Source: a virus
Lineage: Duplodnaviria; Caudoviricetes
DNA length: 40,097 bases
IMG/VR virus record: IMGVR_UViG_3300012953_000070
Coordinates: 1 to 40,097 of that record
Direction: 5' to 3' (one strand)
Position numbers and translations under genes: made by a program. Of the stretch, positions 1-10,701 are shown in pieces; within the stretch, counting starts at the first letter, position 1; every line of letters starts with the position of its first letter. The notes under the pieces were generated by a model. The model did not search any database. It was not told the DNA's origin and saw only the letters and a list, made by a program, of their open reading frames with translations.

Positions 1-1413
1 CTTTTAGATAGAGAAAATCAACAATTGGCTCTTGTATTGCCTCGTGACCACGCAAAGTCAACCTTAGCAGCAACGGCTGTCTTACATCGGTTCTTATTTG
101 CGAATAAAGAAAGCCCAGAATTTATCGCTTGGGTTGGCGAGGCTCAAGACCAAGCAATTGATAACCTTAATTGGATTTCAAACCATATATATGAAAATCC
201 TGCAATTCATTACTATTTTGGTGACCTTCAAGGTGATAAGTGGACTAAAACCGAAATTGTATTGAAGAATAATTGTAGGATGATTGCTAAGGGCGCAGCA
301 CAAAGGCTTAGGGGTAAAAAACAATTATCTACTAGATACACTGGAATTATCCTTGATGACTTTGAATCTGAATTAAACACTAAAACTCCTGAAGCAAGAA
401 TGCATATTAAGAACTGGGTAACAGCGGCTGTTTATCCAGCGATTGATTTTGATAAAGGTGGATTTTTGTGGTGTAATGGAACTATTGTCCATTATGACTC
501 TTTTTTAAATGGACTTGTTAAAAATCATCAAGAAGCTACAAATAATGGAGAAGATTATTCTTGGGATTTGATTACATATAAAGCTATACTTGATGATGGT
601 ACTCCATTATGGCCTTCAAGATGGCCTTTAAAGAAATTAGATGAAAGAAAACAATTTTATATTGATTCTGGTACTCCATCTAAGTTTTATCAAGAATATA
701 TGAATCAAGCAAAGTCTCCTGAAGACCAAATATTTTCTGAAGAAGATATAACCGATAATTTATATAAAGGTAACTTAAAATTTAGCAATGAAGCAAATTC
801 ATGGTATATAACTTTAGATGACGGAAGAGTTGAATATGTTAATATTTACATTGGGGTTGACCCAGCATCGACACTTAGTGCGAAAAATGATTATAGTGTT
901 ATTATGGTTATTGGGGTTACTTCTAATTACGATTATTATATTATCGAATATTGGAGGCAGAGGGTGTTACCCATGGACTGTGCAGATGAGATATTTAAAA
1001 TCGCAGAACGATACAGCCCTATTAGGAGAATAAATATTGAAACAATTTCATATCAAGAAATGTTAAGAGATTACATTCATAAAAGAAGTAAAAAAGAAGG
1101 AAAGTTTCTTCCAGGTATAGAACAAGGTATTAAAGGTTATGGTAACCAAAAAAAGAAAGATAGATTATTTGAAGGGTTGCAACCAATGTTTAAAGCAGGG
1201 GCAGTACATTTGAAAAAGAATATGCATGAATTTATTGGCGAATTACTTGATTTTCCTAAAGGTTCACATGATGATACTATTGATGCTTTTTGGTTATCAA
1301 CTCAACATGCTAAAGGTAATTCAAAAGCTGGAAAAATTAAAAAAATTAAAAATGGAGAATCTTGGGAAAACCCAAAAAAGACTTACAATTGGATTACAGG
1401 AGCAAGGGGTTGA
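1..1413 (+). CDS. terL: Terminase large subunit (5' end lies outside the window)
   Basis: Frame 1 is open from base 1 (LLDRENQQLALVL...). Walker A-like PRDHAKST, Walker B IILDDFE, FYQEYMN, RNase H/RuvC-type nuclease motif YIGVDPA and C-terminal FPKGSHDDTIDA. Lies directly upstream of the portal gene. Confidence 0.95.
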   Translation, partial: LLDRENQQLALVLPRDHAKSTLAATAVLHRFLFANKESPEFIAWVGEAQDQAIDNLNWISNHIYENPAIHYYFGDLQGDKWTKTEIVLKNNCRMIAKGAAQRLRGKKQLSTRYTGIILDDFESELNTKTPEARMHIKNWVTAAVYPAIDFDKGGFLWCNGTIVHYDSFLNGLVKNHQEATNNGEDYSWDLITYKAILDDGTPLWPSRWPLKKLDERKQFYIDSGTPSKFYQEYMNQAKSPEDQIFSEEDITDNLYKGNLKFSNEANSWYITLDDGRVEYVNIYIGVDPASTLSAKNDYSVIMVIGVTSNYDYYIIEYWRQRVLPMDCADEIFKIAERYSPIRRINIETISYQEMLRDYIHKRSKKEGKFLPGIEQGIKGYGNQKKKDRLFEGLQPMFKAGAVHLKKNMHEFIGELLDFPKGSHDDTIDAFWLSTQHAKGNSKAGKIKKIKNGESWENPKKTYNWITGARG

Positions 1414-1439
1414 TTTGTATAATAAAAATACTCTATATT
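1410..1439 (+). promoter_or_regulatory. Candidate sigma70-like promoter upstream of the portal gene
   Basis: TTGATT (1410-1415), 18 nt, TATATT (1434-1439). Shares TTTGTA...TATATT with the gaps at 10684 and 24393. Confidence 0.35.
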
Positions 1440-1446
1440 ATTAGTT

Positions 1447-3465
1447 ATGATAGAAACCAATAAAGATGCACAATATATTAAAGAGCTTTGGAGACGCTGG
1501 TATAATGCTCGTAGTGAGTGGGATACACAAGCAAGAGAAGATATTGATTTTTATTTAGGTAATCATTTTACCCCTGATGAAGTAGATGCTTTAAATGAAA
1601 GAAATCAATCAAGTTTACCTTTAGATAGATTATATTCCGCTATAGAGCAATTTAAAGCAATTATAACATCCAAACCCCCTAAATTTTCTGCCGTTGGAAG
1701 AGAAGACTCTGATGTTAAAATGGCAAATGTGTGGAAAACAATTTTAGAATATATTTGGGATATATCTGATGGTGATGAAACTTTTAAACAAGTAGTTCAT
1801 GATTATGCTGTTACAGGCCTTGGATATTTTTATGCTTACATAGATAAAGAAGATGATTATGGAAGGGGTGAAGTTAAATTTACATACATAGACCCATTTA
1901 GAGTTGTAGTTGACCCTAACTCAAGAAATAAGTATTTTGATGATTCTTCTGGAATGATGTTATCGACTGTATTAACAAAGATGCAATTACTTGGATTATA
2001 TCCTGAATTAGCAGAAGAAGATGATGAAGGAAAAATGGTTATTGATTCTATTGAAGGTCTTGATAATGATGAAACATATCCATCAAATACAAATTCAAGA
2101 ACTGTTGGTTCTTTTACACCTGATGTTGTTAAAGATTTAGATTATAGCGAAGGTTCTGAAAAATATCAATTAATAGAGCATTTTTCAAAAGTTAATGTTC
2201 CGTATTATAGAATATTTAATGTTCAAACTCAAGAAGAAAAAATACTTGATATGAAAAATATGGAAATGTTAATTGAAGATAAAGCTACAGCTAAAGCAAT
2301 TGAGTCTGGATTAATTGATATAGTTGAAATTACTCAAAAAAGAATTAAATTAACATGTACTTTAGGTCAAATAGTTTTATATGAAAAAATATTAGAAACT
2401 GATATATTTCCTATTGTACCAATACCAAACATATGGACTAACACACCATATCCAATGAGTGATGTTAGAAAAAATAAAGATTTTCAAAGATTTTTGAATA
2501 AAACAATGTCATTAATAACCTCACATGCACAAGCTGCATCTGGTTTGAAACTTTTAATCCCCCAAGGTAGTATAGAAGATGTTGAAGAGCTTGAAAGAGA
2601 TTGGGCAAATCCTAATGCAACTATTGAATATGACCCGTCTTTTGGTGAACCGCACTTTCCTTCACCTCAACCTTTGGCGAGTTCAGTTATGCAATTACCC
2701 CAACTTATTGAAAAGTATATCGACCTTAATATGGGTATATTTGAAATGATGCAAGGAAATACTGATGTTGCTCCGAAAACATCTTCTGCTACTATGATGC
2801 TTGAAGACTTTGGTCAAAGAAGAAGTAAATCTAAATTAAGGGATATTGAAGGTAGTTTAAAAAGATTAGGAAAAGTTATTTATAATTTAGCTAAATCTCA
2901 TTATAACTTTCAAAAAACATTTAGAATTGTTCAACCTAATAATGATTTAACTGAATATACTGTTAATAAAAGATTATATGATGATAAGTCAAAAGAAATA
3001 ATGTCAATTGAAAATGAATTAGTTGTTGGTCAATTTGATATAAGAGTTATAGGTAATTCAACTATGCCTTCTAATAAATGGGGTGAATGGCAAATGTACA
3101 TGGAAGCATATCAAGCTGGTCTTATTGATAAAGTTGAAGCTCTTAAAAAGACTGAAATATTTGATAAAGAGGGTGTTTTACAAAGAACTGATATTATTGC
3201 TCAATTACAACAACAATTGCAAGGAGCACAAGAAACAATTAAAAGTCTTGAAGGAGATTTACAAACAGCTCATAGAGAGTCTGTATCTTCAAGAAAAAGA
3301 ACTGAAGTTGAAAAGTTTAAAAGTAGACTTCATGAACAAGAATCTGATTCCAAAGCAGCAACTAAAATGGCTGTAAACAGATTAGAAAACGCAGTTAAAC
3401 TTGAGGGTGAGAAACTACGAGTTCGTAGTCAAGCTCAAATAAAATCTCAAGAAATTGCAAAATAA
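1447..3465 (+). CDS. Portal protein, P22-like podoviral type
   Basis: 672 aa after TerL. N-terminal W...A.ED..FY.G pattern, IDPFRVVVDP, FPIVP, and a long C-terminal coiled coil (barrel). Confidence 0.9.
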   Translation: MIETNKDAQYIKELWRRWYNARSEWDTQAREDIDFYLGNHFTPDEVDALNERNQSSLPLDRLYSAIEQFKAIITSKPPKFSAVGREDSDVKMANVWKTILEYIWDISDGDETFKQVVHDYAVTGLGYFYAYIDKEDDYGRGEVKFTYIDPFRVVVDPNSRNKYFDDSSGMMLSTVLTKMQLLGLYPELAEEDDEGKMVIDSIEGLDNDETYPSNTNSRTVGSFTPDVVKDLDYSEGSEKYQLIEHFSKVNVPYYRIFNVQTQEEKILDMKNMEMLIEDKATAKAIESGLIDIVEITQKRIKLTCTLGQIVLYEKILETDIFPIVPIPNIWTNTPYPMSDVRKNKDFQRFLNKTMSLITSHAQAASGLKLLIPQGSIEDVEELERDWANPNATIEYDPSFGEPHFPSPQPLASSVMQLPQLIEKYIDLNMGIFEMMQGNTDVAPKTSSATMMLEDFGQRRSKSKLRDIEGSLKRLGKVIYNLAKSHYNFQKTFRIVQPNNDLTEYTVNKRLYDDKSKEIMSIENELVVGQFDIRVIGNSTMPSNKWGEWQMYMEAYQAGLIDKVEALKKTEIFDKEGVLQRTDIIAQLQQQLQGAQETIKSLEGDLQTAHRESVSSRKRTEVEKFKSRLHEQESDSKAATKMAVNRLENAVKLEGEKLRVRSQAQIKSQEIAK

Positions 3466-3476
3466 AGGAGAATAAA

Positions 3477-4208
3477 ATGGACAACACATTTGAAAATGAA
3501 AATCTTGATTCAACTCAAGGTCAAATCAATGATAATGTAGGGCAAGACGTAAATGAACAAAGTAATGAGAATTCTGAAACAAATTGGGAAGAGCAATCTA
3601 AATATCACCAATCTGAAAAGGATAAACTCTATACTGAAAATCAAAAGCTAAAGCAATATGAACAAATTGGACAAATGTTGGAATCACGACCTGATATAGT
3701 TCAAACTATTTCTGGAATGATGCAAGGTGGTCAATCAACTACTAATGAGAGAATTACTTTAGAAAAAGATGAGTTTGATTCGTGGGAAGCCTATAATGAC
3801 CCCTCGTCTAAGTCGTATAAATATCGACAACAAGAGATGCAGGATGCCGTAGATAACGCTGTTAAATCACAAATGGCTGGAGTTCAAAAAGAAGTTGGTA
3901 TGACTAAACTTCAAACTGAGCTTTCTAACAAAGGATTAAATCAAGAACAAATTTCTTCATTTATGGAATTTGCTAGTAAAAATCCAGCTGAATATGGTAT
4001 TGATGGTGCTATTAATATGTGGCAGGCTGTAACTCAAAACCAATCTAAAGAAACTAAAAGTAACCCTTTAGATGCTATTCGTCAAAATCAAAATTCGCCT
4101 CAACAGGCTGGAATCCTTAATGGACAACAACCTGTAAGGAAGGATGAGAGTCAGAATAGATGGGAAGGTGTTATGAAAGCTTCTAGGGTTGGAAATAAAA
4201 TACCGTAA
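3477..4208 (+). CDS. Probable capsid scaffolding protein
   Basis: Acidic, Q/N/E-rich and helical, between portal and MCP. AAGGAG SD upstream. Confidence 0.7.
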   Translation: MDNTFENENLDSTQGQINDNVGQDVNEQSNENSETNWEEQSKYHQSEKDKLYTENQKLKQYEQIGQMLESRPDIVQTISGMMQGGQSTTNERITLEKDEFDSWEAYNDPSSKSYKYRQQEMQDAVDNAVKSQMAGVQKEVGMTKLQTELSNKGLNQEQISSFMEFASKNPAEYGIDGAINMWQAVTQNQSKETKSNPLDAIRQNQNSPQQAGILNGQQPVRKDESQNRWEGVMKASRVGNKIP

Positions 4209-4241
4209 ACTAGAATATAACAATAAAAAGGAGATGTCATA

Positions 4242-5621
4242 ATGGCAAATCAATCTGGAACATTATATTCGTATAATGTCGACCAAACTGGAAACAGTGT
4301 ACCAGCAGCAGTTGGTGCTTCGGCTGACTTAAGACGAATACATAACTTTGGCGACAGAGTCGCTGAATTAGCACCAGAAGAATCTCCATTTTTTGTGTAT
4401 CTTAATAAGGTAGCAAAAGTACCAACTAATGACCCTGTATTTAGGTTTTTAGAAAATCGTTCAAAAATCGATTGGACAAGTCGTAATTTTTATGTTGATA
4501 CAACAACTCATGATGATGTTGCTGTAGGTTCAGCATACTCTATTAATGTTGATGATGGAGCAAGTTCTCCAGCTAAAATAGATTGGCTTGTTAAAGGTAT
4601 GGTTTTTGCAGTTGAAACAGATAAAACAGCAGCTTCACAAGTAATCTTTAGAATTGAGGGTATTACTCAAAATTCTGCAGATACTACTTTACAAGCTAGA
4701 TGTATATCTAAATCAAATTCAGCTAATGAAACTGATTATGACCATATCCAAGATAATGACGAGTGTCAAGTTATTGGTACATCTTTTGCTGAGGGTTCAG
4801 GTTCTCCTGATGTTTGGTCTAGTCAATTAGACGATGACTTTGGATATTGTCAAATATTTAAAACAGCAGCAGAAATGACAAACACAGCAATTGCTACAAA
4901 TTACAGAGGATACGCGAATGAATGGGATAGAATCTGGAATTTAAAACTAAGAGAACATAAGGTAGATATTGAAAGAGCTATGCTTTTCTCAATGAGAGCA
5001 AGAGATAATTCTTTACAATATTCAGAAGGTATAGTAGGTCATATACTTGCAAACTCAACAGCTGTTGCGTCTGGAAGTGCTGCTTATTCTTCTGGTAATG
5101 CTTATATGTTTTCACAAGCGTCATCTGCAATGACTTATGATACATTGTTAAGTGACTTTGAAGTTGTTTTTGACCCAGCTAGAGGTGGAAACAAATCTAA
5201 ACTTGCTTTGGCAAGTAGACCTGTTCTTACTTATTTAAGTAAAATTGGTGGATTTGCAAACGCTTCTTTTGGTAATCAAAGTAGTGAACCAACTTATCAA
5301 AGTTCTATGCAATATAACGTAGATTATAGAGATGGTGCATTTGGTCATAAAATCACACAAATAAACACAATCCACGGAGATTTATCTGTGGTGCAAGAAC
5401 CTATGTTTAGAGGTATTGCAAGTGGTTATATGTGTTTGGTTGACTTAGACCACGTTGCTTACAGACCTTTGGTCGGAAATGGTCTTAATCGTGATACTCA
5501 TATTATCACAAACGTACAACAAGCAGATGAGGATTTAAGAAAAGACATGATTCTTACAGAAGCAGGTCTTGAGATTACAATCCCTGAAACTCATGCGTTG
5601 TATTCGTTTACTGACCTATAA
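4242..5621 (+). CDS. Major capsid protein (DUF5309/SU10-like, HK97 fold)
   Basis: 459 aa. PEESPF, YCQIFKTAAEMTNTA, KLREHKVDIERAMLF, INTIHGDL and LTEAGLEI patterns typical of this MCP family. Position after scaffold, strong SD. Confidence 0.88.
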   Translation: MANQSGTLYSYNVDQTGNSVPAAVGASADLRRIHNFGDRVAELAPEESPFFVYLNKVAKVPTNDPVFRFLENRSKIDWTSRNFYVDTTTHDDVAVGSAYSINVDDGASSPAKIDWLVKGMVFAVETDKTAASQVIFRIEGITQNSADTTLQARCISKSNSANETDYDHIQDNDECQVIGTSFAEGSGSPDVWSSQLDDDFGYCQIFKTAAEMTNTAIATNYRGYANEWDRIWNLKLREHKVDIERAMLFSMRARDNSLQYSEGIVGHILANSTAVASGSAAYSSGNAYMFSQASSAMTYDTLLSDFEVVFDPARGGNKSKLALASRPVLTYLSKIGGFANASFGNQSSEPTYQSSMQYNVDYRDGAFGHKITQINTIHGDLSVVQEPMFRGIASGYMCLVDLDHVAYRPLVGNGLNRDTHIITNVQQADEDLRKDMILTEAGLEITIPETHALYSFTDL

Positions 5622-5632
5622 GGAGGTATGCA

Positions 5633-6088
5633 ATGAGAAGTGATGTATTAAATGATAATAGTCTTGTAAGTAATATTGACAATAAAGTTAAAGTCTTAAC
5701 AGCAAGTCATACTTTAACCGCTGAAGATAGTGGTTCTGTGATTTTGCTTGACGTAGCTGGAGGATTAACAGTAACTCTTCCTTCATGTGCATCAGGCTTA
5801 AACTTTAAATTCATTGTTAAGACAACTTTTACTACAGCTGGATTAATCAATACTGCAGCTACAGATGAATTGTACGTAGGTACATTGATGCTTGTAGACC
5901 CTGCAACAGCAACAGATATGAATGCATTTAGTGCAGATGTATCTAATGATGATACTATTGATTTAGGCTCTGCTGCACAAGGTTGGCTTCAAGGTGGATG
6001 GTTTAATATTGTAGGTACTTCTTCTACTACATGGCATGTAGATGGCCAGTTAGTTGGAGATGGTACTCTTGCAACACCGTTTGAATAA
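5633..6088 (+). CDS. Putative capsid decoration / minor structural protein
   Basis: Directly after MCP with AGGAGGT SD. TLTAEDSG...TVTLP...GLNFKFIV beta-sandwich pattern common in phage virion proteins. Confidence 0.6.
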   Translation: MRSDVLNDNSLVSNIDNKVKVLTASHTLTAEDSGSVILLDVAGGLTVTLPSCASGLNFKFIVKTTFTTAGLINTAATDELYVGTLMLVDPATATDMNAFSADVSNDDTIDLGSAAQGWLQGGWFNIVGTSSTTWHVDGQLVGDGTLATPFE

Positions 6089-6108
6089 AATAGTATATAA
6101 ATAGTTTA

Positions 6109-6154
6109 ATAGAACTATGGGAGTTGTCGTATAAAGGGCAGCTCCCAAATCTAT
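6109..6154 (+). promoter_or_regulatory. Stable RNA hairpin after the capsid genes (terminator, attenuator or stabiliser)
   Basis: GGGAGTTGTC (6119-6128) pairs with GGCAGCTCCC (6137-6146) using two G.U pairs. Outer ATAGA/TCTAT extension. No immediate U-tract. Confidence 0.6.
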
Positions 6155-6226
6155 AAAAAATTTTAATAATAATGGTACACTCACGGTCAAGTCAAGACCT
6201 TAAAGTACACTCGAAAGGAGAATAAA

Positions 6227-6565
6227 ATGGCAAGTAAAGGGTTTCATCAATATACAGTTGCCGAGGCACAAAATGCTATATTAGGACAAGTTGGTACAGC
6301 ATTTGTTGATGCAGGGCAAGGAACTGATACTTATACTCCACCTTCAAACTTAGTTGTTATAGCTATACAAGTTATAGATGATATAACATTTACAACTAAT
6401 ACGACATCGGAGTCTACAAACCATGCAAGTCCAGCAGCAGCTTCAAGTTTAGGTACAAATGGACATGATATGTCAACATTAACTATTCCAAGTGGTATGA
6501 CAATATATGGAAGATTTAATGCTGTAGATATATCTGCTGGTAAAGCAATACTATACTTAGGTTAG
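6227..6565 (+). CDS. Hypothetical virion structural protein
   Basis: 112 aa, AAGGAG SD, beta-rich, with TIPSGMTIYGRF C-terminal pattern. Confidence 0.6.
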   Translation: MASKGFHQYTVAEAQNAILGQVGTAFVDAGQGTDTYTPPSNLVVIAIQVIDDITFTTNTTSESTNHASPAAASSLGTNGHDMSTLTIPSGMTIYGRFNAVDISAGKAILYLG

Positions 6566-6569
6566 AGCT

Positions 6570-7334
6570 ATGCCAAGCTTAGGAATAGGTCAAACATTAA
6601 CTAAAAGCTCTTTAGTTACACCAGGAATTATAAGAGATAATCTTGTGTTAAAGCATAATTATACAGATAGTCAAGTCGTACTTGTAAGTGATGGTGCTGC
6701 TTATTTTGATGGTACTGATGATGAGATAGATTGCAAAGCCTCAACTAATTTTATAACAGGAAATAATGTTACAATGGCTTGTTGGTTTAAAGTGCTAGAT
6801 GGAGATGATACTACATTAATGCATAATCAAAAAGGTGATGGGAGTTCTAATTTAACTTTATCTGTTAATTATAAAGCTAGTGGCTCTGCAGATGGCTATT
6901 TAACAGGTATAGTATGGGGAGGAAGTGCTCATACATATTTAGAGTATGATGGAAATGTAGACACATCTAATAAATGGCATCACGCTGCAATTACTACTAC
7001 AGCTTCAGAACAAAAATTATATTTAGATGGAGTTCTTGTTGATACTAATTCTGAAACATTTTCAAATAGTGCTTCTTCAGATGAAATGTACCTTGGTGCA
7101 TTTAATGGTGGGACTAATTTTTTAAAAGGATACATGTGCAATGCAGGAGTATGGTCAGCAACATTAACTCAAGCACAAATCAAATCTATTATGTGGAAAA
7201 ACTATGCAGGTTTATCAAATAGTGAAAAAACAAATTTAGTATCATGGTGGAATTTAGATTCAAGTTATATTGTTGGTGATACAACTCATAAAACAGCTGA
7301 TTCACATGGTTCAAACAATGGGACACTAGCATAA
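6570..7334 (+). CDS. LamG/concanavalin A-like lectin domain virion protein
   Basis: YFDGTDDEI, TMACWFK, KWHHAAIT, KLYLDG, WSATLTQAQI and LVSWWNLD are LamG-like jellyroll hallmarks. Confidence 0.85.
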   Translation: MPSLGIGQTLTKSSLVTPGIIRDNLVLKHNYTDSQVVLVSDGAAYFDGTDDEIDCKASTNFITGNNVTMACWFKVLDGDDTTLMHNQKGDGSSNLTLSVNYKASGSADGYLTGIVWGGSAHTYLEYDGNVDTSNKWHHAAITTTASEQKLYLDGVLVDTNSETFSNSASSDEMYLGAFNGGTNFLKGYMCNAGVWSATLTQAQIKSIMWKNYAGLSNSEKTNLVSWWNLDSSYIVGDTTHKTADSHGSNNGTLA

Positions 7335-10300
7335 TGGCTGCTACTATACAAACAATTCAAAAACCAACAAGAGCTAGAGCATTAGATACCTCTAACAATA
7401 ATAATCATGGGCAAATATATTCAGGTAGAGCATTAGAGTTTGATGGAGTTAGTGATTATTTTCAGCATAATGGCGGAACTAATATATCAGGAGTTAATAG
7501 CTTTGCTGATGGAGAAGCGTGGACTTTTGCTACTTGGATATATTTTAGAGATACAAAATTTACTTTATTTGTTGGAGATGACAATAGTACTCATACCAAT
7601 ATAGGTTTACATAACAGTGATTATATTATGTTTAGAGCAGATAGTGGAAATTATTATAAATTCGATTCAACTCAAACTAATGCATTACCTGGGTCAGAAC
7701 CTTTGCAAGAAAATACTTGGTATCGTTTAGTTATAACTGCTAAAGATAATATTTTAACTTGTTATTTAAATGGAGTTCAACATGGTTCGACTATTACTAC
7801 ATCTACAAATAATACAAGTAATGGTACAGCTTTTCCAGGAAGTGCATCAGATTTTACTGGTTGGGGTATGCCATATGCTACTCCTAGAGCTCATGGTTTA
7901 GATGGAATGATGTCTGATGGACAGGTATGGGATTCTGCATGGACAGCAGATGATGCATCATTTGACTATCTTAATCCTGAACAATTAGCTTTAAATAGAG
8001 GTGGTACATTATTAACAAACTCTAATCTTAAGATATGGTATCCAATGAATGATGGACATAGAGGACAGCAATCATATATACTTGATGCTTCAAATACAGG
8101 GTTGGGTGATGAGATGGTTACTAATGGTGATTTTTCTTCAGGTGATTTAACAGGTTGGACAGAAGGTTCTACTAGTAATCCTGATTGGCAATTTGATACT
8201 GTTGAATATGACAATGGGAGAATGCATGTAGTTTCTAATGGAGTAAATGAAGGTGCAGGTTATCAAACTGTAAACAATTTAGTAAATACTCCTTTTGTTG
8301 AAGGGGTTACTTATAGACTTGCTTATGATATAACTGTAAATAGTGGTTCTATGGCTGTACTTGCTATGAATGGAGCTGTTTCAAATCAAGTAGGATATAA
8401 TGTAGTTCATACTTCATCTGAAAATGTTGTTGCTTATTTTACTGCCAATAGTAGTGCAGGAAGTACTCCAGACAAACATTGCATAGAAGTATATAGAAGT
8501 ATAACTACAGCTGGAGATATTTATATTGATAATGTATCTCTCAAACCTGTAAACGACAAAAATCATGCAACAACTGTATTTTATGGTGATGAGTTGATAA
8601 CTGCTCAAACAAATAGAGATTTTAGTGGGAGTGGAAATTGGGCTGCATTTGACCCAGATTCATCTTCAATTGCTACTGTTGTTAGTTTAGATAGTGCAAG
8701 AATGAAAATAGTTACTACGACTGAAGCTTCTGATGAAAGAGAGGGATGTGAACTTGATATGTCATACATGACAGCTCCAGTAGCAGGAAGAACTTATAGA
8801 ATTAGTGCAGATATGCAAGCAACATCAGCTGGATTTACTTTGACAGTAGGTATGGGAGGAGCAAGTACAACGCAAGCAATAACTACTAGCGATGCAACAT
8901 ACAATATGGATATTACTGTTGCTAATTCAGTTGGAACTTTAAGATTTTATACAACAGAAAATACAGCAAGAACATGGCATATGGATAATATATCAGTTAA
9001 AGAAGTAGGCACAGCAACAGGTTGGACAGACGCAGACCAACAACTTGATATACCACAAACAGCATTACAATCTTATAACCAATTGGCTTGGTTTGATGGA
9101 TATGCTACAGATACAGCTGCTGAATTAGATAGCACTTTTTATTTTGAAGTTGGACAAACTATAAATATGTGGGTATTTCCAAATTCTATTACTATATATG
9201 ATTCTATATTTGGAGCAAGAGAAACTGAAAATTATGTGAGGTATCAAAAAAATTCTGGTTCCTTTGTATCAACTAATGAACTTGTTCAATTTGAACCAGA
9301 GAATAATACCGCTTATAGTATCACTGCGACTATTTCAGGTATTTTAGAAGTAGGAAAATGGCAAATGTATACATTTATATGGAATACAGATAGAACTATA
9401 GATTTCTATGTTAATGGACTAAAAATAGGAGAATCTTCAGCTACTGCAGACACTACTGATGGTAAAAGATTAAAAGTAGGTCACTTTGGTGCTGGATATG
9501 GAACATCTTCTTTACCATTTGAAGGAGCAATGACTGAAATATCTTACTGGAATGCTGGATTTAATTTATCTGAAGTAACACAATTATATAATAATGGTAA
9601 AGCTTTAGATGCAACCTTGCATACTAAATATTCTGAAGGCGCAGCTAATTTAACAGGTTATTGGAGAAATAATGGTTTATCTGAATGGAAAGATTTAAAA
9701 GGCAGTAATGATGCAAATGTAGATTCAACAGAAACAATGTTAATCACAGCAGGAGTAGATGGTTTAAGAGATTCTCAAGGATTTATAATGAATCGTCAAA
9801 GAGCTACTAATAGTTTGAATTTATGCGTGTTAGGAAGTGTAGATACTGGTAATTATGTCTCTATCCCAGTAAAAGAATATGATATAGATGGAAGTCCTAC
9901 TAGTTTCTCTTTTTGGTTTAAATATGAAGGAGTTGGTAATGGTGCTGGTCAAAGCATTTTAGGGAGTTCTACAACAAGTTCTGCAAGTATGTTACAAGTT
10001 AATCCTACTAATAAAATTACAATAGAAGGAGATACTAATAATAAGTATGCACGAAATGATGATAGTTATACAGCTTTAACTTTAGGAGAATGGTACCATT
10101 TTGCAATAACTTGCGCAGGTGATGGTTCTGTTATATTATATAAAAATGGAGCAAGTTTAGGAACTACTGAATATGGAACTGGAAGTGATATTGATGTAAA
10201 TATGACAATAGACCAAATAGGATTATCTTCTACTGGTTCTTATGAAGTAGATAGCCAAATAGATGATTTAGCTATATATGAAGGTAAAGCTTTAACAGCA

Positions 10301-10348
10301 GCAGAAGTAAAAAGAAATTATAACGCAGGTAAAAGGAGTCACAAATAA
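7334..10348 (+). CDS. Multi-domain LamG/CBM-like adhesion or fibre protein
   Basis: Three LamG-like repeats (WTFATWI..WYRLVIT; INMWV..KWQMYTF; SFSFWFK..WYHFAIT) plus two CBM4/9-like modules (NGDFSSG...IDNVSLK; RDFSG...MDNISVKEV). TAATG-coupled to the previous gene. Confidence 0.85.
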   Translation: MAATIQTIQKPTRARALDTSNNNNHGQIYSGRALEFDGVSDYFQHNGGTNISGVNSFADGEAWTFATWIYFRDTKFTLFVGDDNSTHTNIGLHNSDYIMFRADSGNYYKFDSTQTNALPGSEPLQENTWYRLVITAKDNILTCYLNGVQHGSTITTSTNNTSNGTAFPGSASDFTGWGMPYATPRAHGLDGMMSDGQVWDSAWTADDASFDYLNPEQLALNRGGTLLTNSNLKIWYPMNDGHRGQQSYILDASNTGLGDEMVTNGDFSSGDLTGWTEGSTSNPDWQFDTVEYDNGRMHVVSNGVNEGAGYQTVNNLVNTPFVEGVTYRLAYDITVNSGSMAVLAMNGAVSNQVGYNVVHTSSENVVAYFTANSSAGSTPDKHCIEVYRSITTAGDIYIDNVSLKPVNDKNHATTVFYGDELITAQTNRDFSGSGNWAAFDPDSSSIATVVSLDSARMKIVTTTEASDEREGCELDMSYMTAPVAGRTYRISADMQATSAGFTLTVGMGGASTTQAITTSDATYNMDITVANSVGTLRFYTTENTARTWHMDNISVKEVGTATGWTDADQQLDIPQTALQSYNQLAWFDGYATDTAAELDSTFYFEVGQTINMWVFPNSITIYDSIFGARETENYVRYQKNSGSFVSTNELVQFEPENNTAYSITATISGILEVGKWQMYTFIWNTDRTIDFYVNGLKIGESSATADTTDGKRLKVGHFGAGYGTSSLPFEGAMTEISYWNAGFNLSEVTQLYNNGKALDATLHTKYSEGAANLTGYWRNNGLSEWKDLKGSNDANVDSTETMLITAGVDGLRDSQGFIMNRQRATNSLNLCVLGSVDTGNYVSIPVKEYDIDGSPTSFSFWFKYEGVGNGAGQSILGSSTTSSASMLQVNPTNKITIEGDTNNKYARNDDSYTALTLGEWYHFAITCAGDGSVILYKNGASLGTTEYGTGSDIDVNMTIDQIGLSSTGSYEVDSQIDDLAIYEGKALTAAEVKRNYNAGKRSHK

Positions 10349-10701
10349 TGGCACATTATGAAATGTATTTTTGTCTACCAAGCAGTGCATATGATAGTGC
10401 TGTTGGAAATAAAATAAAAGCACTATATCCTATAGTAGAATCAACAGATGAAGATGGAACAGTTACTTATGTATCTGCTCCTACTTGGAATGATATTATT
10501 ATGGCAGGTAAGGTAGGAGCTCCAAGGTATTCACATGATAAAGCATATTGTATTATCAAAGGTGAATGGTCTATGAAAGATGGAGTTCTATCAGAACTTA
10601 TAGCATTAGGAGCTAGCAAATCATATCCTAATTTTAGTGTATTAACTAAATCAGAAGCACAAACATTAGCATCAAGCAACACGTTTGTAAGTGAAGAGTA
10701 A
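10348..10701 (+). CDS. Hypothetical protein (possible fibre-associated chaperone)
   Basis: 117 aa, TAATG-coupled to the LamG gene. Confidence 0.6.
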   Translation: MAHYEMYFCLPSSAYDSAVGNKIKALYPIVESTDEDGTVTYVSAPTWNDIIMAGKVGAPRYSHDKAYCIIKGEWSMKDGVLSELIALGASKSYPNFSVLTKSEAQTLASSNTFVSEE

